From Alphaproteobacteria bacterium (GTDB taxonomy: Bacteria; Pseudomonadota; Alphaproteobacteria; MPNO01; UBA830): a stretch of DNA of 64,000 bases. The position numbers were made by a program, and so were the translations under genes. The notes under the pieces were generated by a model, which was not told the DNA's origin, ran no database searches, and was given only the letters and a program-made list of their open reading frames with translations. Location: positions 6,039,319 to 6,103,318 of the forward strand of contig OZ251539.1 in the NCBI GenBank assembly GCA_965243135.1, given 5' to 3'. Position 1 is the stretch's first letter. Each line of letters starts with the position of its first letter. Shown piece after piece: positions 58,111-64,000 of the stretch.

Positions 58111-58902
58111 TTATCGGGGGCCGCGTTGCCGGAGGACGAAGTTCCGTATCGTCGCGGTCGCGCGCCTGGAGGCGTCCGCGTCGGGGTCGGCGGTTACGAA
58201 CGCGTGGGGACAGCCCTCGAACTTGACGACCTCGGCGCTCCCTCCCTTCCTTCGATAGAGATCCGCGAAGGCGTCCGCGCGCTCGTGTTCGACGTTTTCG
58301 TCCGCCGTTCCCTGAACGATCAGCATCGGCGGCAGTTCGGCCGCTTCTCCGCGCTCCAGCAGAAGAAACGGATTGCCTTCCGCCATGGCTTCCTCGTCGG
58401 GAAAATACGCATGGTGCGCGTCGACGAGGCGCTGGTTGCCGCGCGCCTTCGCCATGCGGTAGCGCGCAAGCGGGTCGAGAATCGGCCAGCAGGCGACGAG
58501 GAAGTCGAGGCGAGTTCCGGCGGGCCAGCGCGGGTGCTCAGGACTGAGGGCGACGAGTCCGATCTGCTGTCCGCCGCTCGAAGAACCCAGGCCGCCCACC
58601 GGTCCCGCGTCGATGCCGAGCCTCTCCGCGTTCTCCCGGAACCAGCGCGCGCCGTAAGCGACATCCTCGACCGGCGCGGGATACCGCGCTGTCGCCGAAA
58701 GCCTGAAGTCGAGGGCGAACACGCAGACGCCGGCGGCGGCCAGATCCCTGTGGACGGCTTCGTTGTTCGTCCGGTCGCCGGATCCCCACGCTCCGCCGTG
58801 GACGTCGATCACGCAGGGAACTGGCCCCGGCGCGTCGGGACGGTAGAGCCTGCCCAGCAGGGTTTGGCCGTCGACGACCCTGTACGCGACGTCCTCGTTC
58901 AC
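58111..58902 (-). CDS. Alpha/beta hydrolase (HSL-like)
   Basis: HGGAW, GSSSGG nucleophile elbow, GTADE, PHAF. Confidence 0.88.
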   Translation of the reverse strand: MNEDVAYRVVDGQTLLGRLYRPDAPGPVPCVIDVHGGAWGSGDRTNNEAVHRDLAAAGVCVFALDFRLSATARYPAPVEDVAYGARWFRENAERLGIDAGPVGGLGSSSGGQQIGLVALSPEHPRWPAGTRLDFLVACWPILDPLARYRMAKARGNQRLVDAHHAYFPDEEAMAEGNPFLLLERGEAAELPPMLIVQGTADENVEHERADAFADLYRRKGGSAEVVKFEGCPHAFVTADPDADASRRATATIRNFVLRQRGPR

Positions 58903-60056
58903 GGGGTTTCGCGCCTGAACGGGGAAAGTTCGCCCAGCGCGTCCATCTCCTGCTCGACGCCGAGGCGCTCCCGGCGGAGGTAATCGGCGACCGCGTCGCG
59001 AAAGCGCTCGTCGCGGATCCAGTGGGCGCTGTAGGTGGGCGTCGGCAGATAGCCCCGGCTGATCTTGTGCGGTCCCTGCGCGCCCGCTTCGACCTTGCTC
59101 AGACGGTGCTCGATCGCGTACTCGATCGCCCGGTAGAAGCAGGCCTCGAAGTAGAGCATGCTGTAGCGCGCCGAGCAGCCCCAGTTTCGCCCGTAAAGCG
59201 CGTCGGCGCCGCGCAGGTTGAGCGCGCCGGCGACGTGATCTCCGTCGTGTTTCGCCATCACCAGCACGATGCGGTCCGCCATGCGCTCCCGCAGCAGATG
59301 GAAGAAGTCGCGGTTGAGGTAGGCGTGCGCCCATTTGCGGTCGACCGTGTTCAGGTAGAACCGGTAGAACGCGTCTATGTGTTCCGGGCGAACGTCGTCG
59401 CCCGAGAGCGTGCGGATTTCCACCTCGGCGTTCGCGGCCTTCCGTTCCTTGCGGATCATCTTTCGCTTGCGGGAATTGAGCGACGCGAGGAAGTCGTCGA
59501 AGGTCCCGAATCCCTGGTTGATCCAGTGGAATTGCTGGCCTTGCCGAAGCAGGAGGCCCATTTCTCCGAGTTCGCGCCATTCGCTCTCCGGCGGGAAGGT
59601 CACGTGGAGCGACGAAGCTTCGTGCTGTTTCGCGAGCTCGAGGAGGCCGGCGGCCAGCAGGCGGCGCGTTCCGGGGGCATCCTGCCCGGGGGCGACCAGC
59701 AAGCGCGAGCCCGTCACCGGCGAGAACGGCACCGAGACCTGCAGCTTGGGATAGTACCGTCCGCCCGCTCGTTGATAGGCCTCCGCCCAGCCCCAGTCGA
59801 AAACGTACTCTCCGTAGGAATGGCTCTTCAGATAGCAGGGGACGGCGCCGATCAGCCGTCCCGATTTCTCGATCGCGACGTGCTGAGGCAGCCAGCCGGA
59901 TTCGCCGGACGCGGCCTGCGATTCCTCGAGCGCTTTCAGGAAAGCGTGCGAGACGAACGGATTGCCCTCTCCGGCGCAGGCGTCCCAGAGTTCGGCGTCG
60001 GCGTCGTCGATGCTTTGCAGCACCTTGATCGTGACGGGCTCTCCGCCGTCCGGCAT
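58899..60056 (-). CDS. GNAT-fold FemAB-like (DUF482) protein
   Basis: KSHSYGEYVFDWGWA, LYGRNWG, EAGAQGPHK.SRGY. Confidence 0.92.
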   Translation of the reverse strand: MPDGGEPVTIKVLQSIDDADAELWDACAGEGNPFVSHAFLKALEESQAASGESGWLPQHVAIEKSGRLIGAVPCYLKSHSYGEYVFDWGWAEAYQRAGGRYYPKLQVSVPFSPVTGSRLLVAPGQDAPGTRRLLAAGLLELAKQHEASSLHVTFPPESEWRELGEMGLLLRQGQQFHWINQGFGTFDDFLASLNSRKRKMIRKERKAANAEVEIRTLSGDDVRPEHIDAFYRFYLNTVDRKWAHAYLNRDFFHLLRERMADRIVLVMAKHDGDHVAGALNLRGADALYGRNWGCSARYSMLYFEACFYRAIEYAIEHRLSKVEAGAQGPHKISRGYLPTPTYSAHWIRDERFRDAVADYLRRERLGVEQEMDALGELSPFRRETP

Positions 60057-60058
60057 GG

Positions 60059-60523
60059 TCACGCGATCTCGAACGCCGCGTCGACCTCGACCGCGGCGCC
60101 CGCTGGCAGCGAGGCGACGGCGACGGCGAATCGCGCATGCTTGCCCCTGTCGTCGCCGAGCGCCCGCACCAGCAGATCGGATGCGCCGTTGACGACGGCG
60201 GGCGGCTCCGTGAAATCCGGCGTCGCATTGACGAAGCCGCCCAGTTTCACGGCTTTCGCGCGGTCCGCTCCGTCCCCGAGCGCCGCTACGAGCTGGGCGA
60301 GGATGTTGAGCCCGCAAAGACGGGCGGCGGCATAGCCCCGATCGACGGAAAGTCCGTCGCCCAGCTTGCCCACGATGCGCTCCTCGCTGGTGATGGAGAC
60401 CTGACCGGCGACGAAGAGCTGGTTTCCGCAGATTCGGAAGGGTACGTAATTGGCTGCCGGGAGCGGCGCAGTCGGCAGAGCCAGTCCCATCTCCCGCAGG
60501 CGTTGTTCGATGCGTCCGGTCAT
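60059..60523 (-). CDS. RidA/YjgF-family protein
   Basis: ANYVP, VVNGASDL, GKHARFAV...LP. Confidence 0.92.
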   Translation of the reverse strand: MTGRIEQRLREMGLALPTAPLPAANYVPFRICGNQLFVAGQVSITSEERIVGKLGDGLSVDRGYAAARLCGLNILAQLVAALGDGADRAKAVKLGGFVNATPDFTEPPAVVNGASDLLVRALGDDRGKHARFAVAVASLPAGAAVEVDAAFEIA

Positions 60524-60729
60524 AGCCCGATCCTCCTGTAGCGTCGGCCGAGCTTACCGATCCCGGGGCGATCCTTCCAGCGCGAGGCGTTTTGCGCCCT
60601 TTTCGCGCCTGCTTCCGGGTCCGCTCTCCGGCTGTCGCGGGCATGTTCGGCCGGAAGAGCGCCGGGGCGGGCGGCAATGGACCGGCAGTTTCGCTCCCCC
60701 ACCGCAAGCTCCGGGGGGCGCGGCGCGGC

Positions 60730-61068
60730 TCAGTGCAGCCTGGCGACGCCCGTCGCTTGCGACAGCAACTCCTCGCCGTCGTCGCTGTCGATCACGTGAT
60801 CGCCGAGCACGGCGAGACGGTCGGGATCGTCGATCGCGGCCAGCAGCGCCTCGAGGCGCGTCGCCGTGCCCGCACCGAACTTCCGCGCCGCCTGACGCAA
60901 CAAGATCGCCCGCTGTCGTTCCAGCCCCAGTTCCTTGCCTTCGGAGAGGCCCAGCTCCCTGCCCTCGGCCTTACCTTCGGAGAGGCCCAGCTCCTTGCCT
61001 TCGGCCCAGCCCCTGGCCCGACTCTCGTCGACAGCCTGATCCATCCGTTTGGCCAACAACGATCCCAT
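60730..61068 (-). CDS. Stand-alone Rpn C-terminal (RpnS-like) protein, distal cassette, 112 aa
   Basis: GGGGAG..ATG; MGSLLAKRMDQ...WAEG(xxxG)6 LERQR...ARLH; intact frame. Confidence 0.65.
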   Translation of the reverse strand: MGSLLAKRMDQAVDESRARGWAEGKELGLSEGKAEGRELGLSEGKELGLERQRAILLRQAARKFGAGTATRLEALLAAIDDPDRLAVLGDHVIDSDDGEELLSQATGVARLH

Positions 61069-61233
61069 CTCTTCCAACTCCCCTGTCTCCTCGAACGACT
61101 TCAGCTTCTTCAGCGTCTCGCCGGTCAACTGCCCGCTGCCCTCCGCCGCCTGACGCACCAATGCCGCAACCAGACCGCGAAGCTTCGCCTCCGGGCGTGA
61201 CCGCGCCGTAAGCTCCGATCGGCGAGGCGCGGC

Positions 61234-61632
61234 TCAGTGCAGCCTGGCGACGCCCGTCGCGCGCGACAGCAACTCCTCACCGTCGTCGCTGTCGATCACG
61301 TGGTCGCCAAGCACGGCAAGACGGTCGGGATCGTCGATCGCGGCCAGCAGCGCCTCGAGGCGCGTCGCCGTGTCCGCATCGAACTTCCGCGCCGCCAGAC
61401 GCAACAAGATCGCCCGCTGTCGTTCCAGCCCTTGCTCCTTGCCTTCGGTCAACCCCATCTCCCTGCCTTCGGAGAGGCCCATCTCCCTGCCTTCGGAGAG
61501 GCCCATCTCCCTGCCTTCGGAGAGGCCCAGTTCCCTGCCCTCGGTCAGCCCCAACTCCTTGCCCTCGGCCCAGCCCCTGGCCCGACTCTCGTCGACAGCC
61601 TGATCCATCCGTTTGGCCAACAACGATCCCAT
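61234..61632 (-). CDS. Stand-alone Rpn C-terminal (RpnS-like) protein, proximal cassette, 132 aa
   Basis: Same RBS and ATG; 11 tetrapeptide repeats; intact frame. Confidence 0.65.
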   Translation of the reverse strand: MGSLLAKRMDQAVDESRARGWAEGKELGLTEGRELGLSEGREMGLSEGREMGLSEGREMGLTEGKEQGLERQRAILLRLAARKFDADTATRLEALLAAIDDPDRLAVLGDHVIDSDDGEELLSRATGVARLH

Positions 61633-61797
61633 CTCTCCCAACTCCCCTGTCTCCTCGAACGACTTCAGCTTCTTCAGCGTCTCGCCGGTCACCTGCCCGC
61701 TGCCCTCCGCCGCCTGACGCACCAACGCCGCAACCAGACCGCGAAGCTTCGCCTCCGGGTGCGACCGCGCCGTAAGCTTCGAGGGGCGAGGCGCGGC

Positions 61798-62967
61798 TCA
61801 GTGCAGCCTGGCGACGCCCGTCGCGCGCGACAGCAACTCCTCACCGTCGTCGCTGTCGATCACGTGATCGCCGAGCACGGCAAGACGGTCGGGATCGTTG
61901 ATCGCGGCCAGCAGCGCCTCAAGGCGCGTCGCCGTGTCCGCACCGAACTTCCGCGCCGCCAGACGCAACAAGATCGCCCGCTGTCGTTCCAGCCCTTGCT
62001 CCTTGCCTTCGGTCAGCCCCATCTCCCTGCCTTCGGTCAGCCCCATCTCCCTGCCTTCGGAGAGGCCCAGCTCCTTGCCTTCGGAGAGGCCCATCTCCCT
62101 GCCTTCGGAGAGGCCCATCTCCCTGCCTTCGGTCAGCCCCATCTCCCTGCCTTCGGTCAGCCCCAACTCCTTGCCCTCGGCCCAGCCCCTGGCCCGACTC
62201 TCGTCGACAGCCTGATCCATCCGTTTGGCCAACAACGATCCCATCTCTCCCAACTCCCCTGTCTCCTCGAACGACTTCAGCTTCTTCAGCGTCTCGCCGG
62301 TCACCTGCCCGCTGCCCTCCGCCGCCTGACGCACCAACGCCGCAACCAGACCGCGAAGCTTCGCATCGGCCTCCGGGTCGGTCGCCTCCTGCAACGCCGA
62401 CAGTGCCGGCCACAAATCCTCCCACCGGCCTTGCTCGACCAGCGCCTGCGCGTACAGCACGTTGTCCAGCATCGCATCCTCGACGCCCACCCGGCGAAGG
62501 TCAAGCAGAAAGTAGCGCTGCTGCAGCTGGAACGGCTGAAGTTCCTCGTCGACCGGCCCGACCATCTCCTTCATTTCCCGCGGCGCCGACCACCGCCTCT
62601 TCCCGCTGTAAACCACCACCGGCAGCACCGGCGGCAGCTTCCCGCCGGGCAACCGCTTTTCCTCCTCCAGCTTCGTGTATATCTGCGCCGTGTACTTGAT
62701 CATGCGCAGCGGCATATTCTGGTCGACCGTCGACTGGAACTCCGTCAGGACGACGACGTAGAGTTCGCCGTCCCCCTCGCGGAAGTTCACGCGCCAGACC
62801 ATGTCGCTGCGCTGCTGTCCCAGCCGGGCGTCCACGAACTCCGTCGGCATCGTCTGCAGGGTGTCGAGGTCGAGGCGGCCGGCCAGTTCTTTCGAAACGA
62901 AGCCGCGCAGCAGGTCGCGGCACACCCGCGGATGGCTGAACAGGGACTTGTACTTGGCGTCGTCGTT
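61798..62967 (-). CDS. Rpn/YhgA-family recombination-promoting nuclease (PD-(D/E)xK)
   Basis: DAKYKSLFSHP, RSDMVWRV, EFQSTVD..MPLRM..Y, LPPVLPVVVYSG..W, xxEG repeats; no canonical start before the first motif, first GTG is at 62925. Confidence 0.88.
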   Translation of the reverse strand, partial: NDDAKYKSLFSHPRVCRDLLRGFVSKELAGRLDLDTLQTMPTEFVDARLGQQRSDMVWRVNFREGDGELYVVVLTEFQSTVDQNMPLRMIKYTAQIYTKLEEEKRLPGGKLPPVLPVVVYSGKRRWSAPREMKEMVGPVDEELQPFQLQQRYFLLDLRRVGVEDAMLDNVLYAQALVEQGRWEDLWPALSALQEATDPEADAKLRGLVAALVRQAAEGSGQVTGETLKKLKSFEETGELGEMGSLLAKRMDQAVDESRARGWAEGKELGLTEGREMGLTEGREMGLSEGREMGLSEGKELGLSEGREMGLTEGREMGLTEGKEQGLERQRAILLRLAARKFGADTATRLEALLAAINDPDRLAVLGDHVIDSDDGEELLSRATGVARLH

Positions 62968-63219
62968 CCGTCTCCTCTCCGGTCTCTGCGCCCCGGTCGG
63001 CGGGCCGCGTGCAGATAGTCAGCCTATAAGACGAACTTATAACATATTTATGACATGTTCAAGAGATCTGCTCGCGCTGCGCCGTTTTTGTCGGTTCGCC
63101 GACGCCGCGCGGACCGCTCCGCCCGCTCGTCGGCAAGCCCGCAAGGGCCGCGCGGACGCTGGACGGGGCAGGGGCGGTTTGCGATAGTGCGGCCGACCGT
63201 TTCCGTCCGGAGCTCCGCC

Positions 63220-63564
63220 ATGACCATCGGCACCAAACTCTACACAATGCTCAACGGGGAACTCGTGGGTTCCGATTCCCAAGGCAACCGCTATTACCGG
63301 TCTCGCCGGACAAGCGGGCGGGAGAGGAGATGGGTTCTCTATAGCGGCGCGGCCGAGGCGTCGCGAGTTCCGCCCGAATGGCATGCCTGGCTTCATCGCA
63401 CGACGGACGAGACGCCCGGCGCGGAACCTCGGCGGAACTGGCAGCGGGAGCACGCGTCCAATCCCACCGGAACGGATCGAGCGTACCGGCCGCCCGGCCA
63501 CTTGCTCGAAGGGGCCGAACGGGCGCCGGCCCGCGGCGACTACGAACCATGGCGGCCGGTCTGA
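63220..63564 (+). CDS. NADH:ubiquinone oxidoreductase subunit NDUFA12 homolog
   Basis: GELVGSD.QGNRYY, RRWVLY, VPPEWHAWLH, NPTGT, YEPWRP. Confidence 0.93.
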   Translation: MTIGTKLYTMLNGELVGSDSQGNRYYRSRRTSGRERRWVLYSGAAEASRVPPEWHAWLHRTTDETPGAEPRRNWQREHASNPTGTDRAYRPPGHLLEGAERAPARGDYEPWRPV

Positions 63565-63578
63565 AAGGAGAGACGGGC

Positions 63579-64000
63579 ATGCGCAGAAATCCGATCGAGA
63601 TCGTCATGGGCGCCGTGGTGCTGGCGGTGGCCGCGTTCTTCCTGATTTTTTCCTACAGCAGGGCCGGCATCGACACGGTCGAAGGCTACGGAATAACCGC
63701 GAGGTTCGACCGCGTCGACGGCATCGGTCCCGGTTCCGACGTCCGGATGAGCGGCATCAAGATCGGCACGGTCGCGTCGTCGGATCTCGACCCGAAGACG
63801 TATCTGGCGGTGGTGCGCATGAGCATCCGGCCGGACGTCGAAATCCCCGCCGACACCTCCGCCGCCGTCTCGTCCGACGGACTGCTCGGAGACAGGTTTC
63901 TCGCGCTCTCTCCCGGCGGAGCCGACGAAATGCTGCCGCCGGGCGGCGAGATCGTCGTCACGCAGGGCTCGGTCGACCTGATGTCGCTCCTTGGGCGGGC
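63579..64000 (+). CDS. mlaD: MlaD (MCE) lipid asymmetry protein, 3' truncated by window edge
   Basis: MRRNPIEIVMGAVVL..., ARFDRVDGIGPGSDVRMSGIKIG, DGLLGD..L.LSPGG, TQGSVDL; AAGGAG RBS; follows NDUFA12. Confidence 0.9.
   Translation, partial: MRRNPIEIVMGAVVLAVAAFFLIFSYSRAGIDTVEGYGITARFDRVDGIGPGSDVRMSGIKIGTVASSDLDPKTYLAVVRMSIRPDVEIPADTSAAVSSDGLLGDRFLALSPGGADEMLPPGGEIVVTQGSVDLMSLLGR

Larger units (their letters stand above)
60702..62377 (-). repeat. Three tandem direct copies of the rpn 3' end (units ~60702-61195, ~61206-61760, ~61770-62377)
   Basis: Near-identical sequence; stop-to-stop spacing 504 and 564 bp; internal 12/24-bp repeat differs in copy number. Confidence 0.95.

Noticed and set aside
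55801-58983. 1060-aa Arg-rich plus-strand ORF
   Set aside because: Alternative-frame shadow of clpA
61430-62180. 24-bp periodic repeats as a CRISPR array
   Set aside because: There are no unique spacers and no cas genes; the repeats are in-frame coding repeats of the Rpn tail
60702-62967. Diversity-generating retroelement or shufflon explanation for the rpn repeats
   Set aside because: There is no reverse transcriptase or invertase nearby, the copies are direct rather than inverted, and the differences do not look adenine-specific

Overview
GC-rich alphaproteobacterial chromosome segment (gene order resembles Rhodospirillales; this is an inference). The housekeeping backbone is ccmABCDEF and ccmG/H/I, acnA, galU-ugd-phosphomannomutase, a D,D-carboxypeptidase, clpS-clpA, NDUFA12 and mlaD. 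It is interrupted by several accessory inserts. (1) A ~14 kb defence island splits the ccm operon between ccmF and ccmG. It carries a type III-like Res, a two-gene unknown module, a Mod methyltransferase frameshifted at a 21-G tract, an IetAS-type AAA ATPase plus S8 protease, and a RelE-like/UvrD helicase. (2) An ABC-type ATPase plus putative nuclease, a porin and a decayed IS630 lie between ccmA and acnA. (3) A Dam-like methylase sits beside a broken NotI-like nuclease. (4) An Rpn/YhgA nuclease gene is followed by two diverged tandem copies of only its 3' end, each with an RBS, an ATG and a different repeat count; this is a candidate array of RpnS-type antitoxin or swappable tail cassettes. 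A BCP-type peroxiredoxin that the ORF track splits in two is very likely a selenoprotein (in-frame UGA at the catalytic position followed by a SECIS-like hairpin). No rRNA, tRNA or CRISPR array was recognised. All family assignments come from motif recognition by eye, not from database searches.
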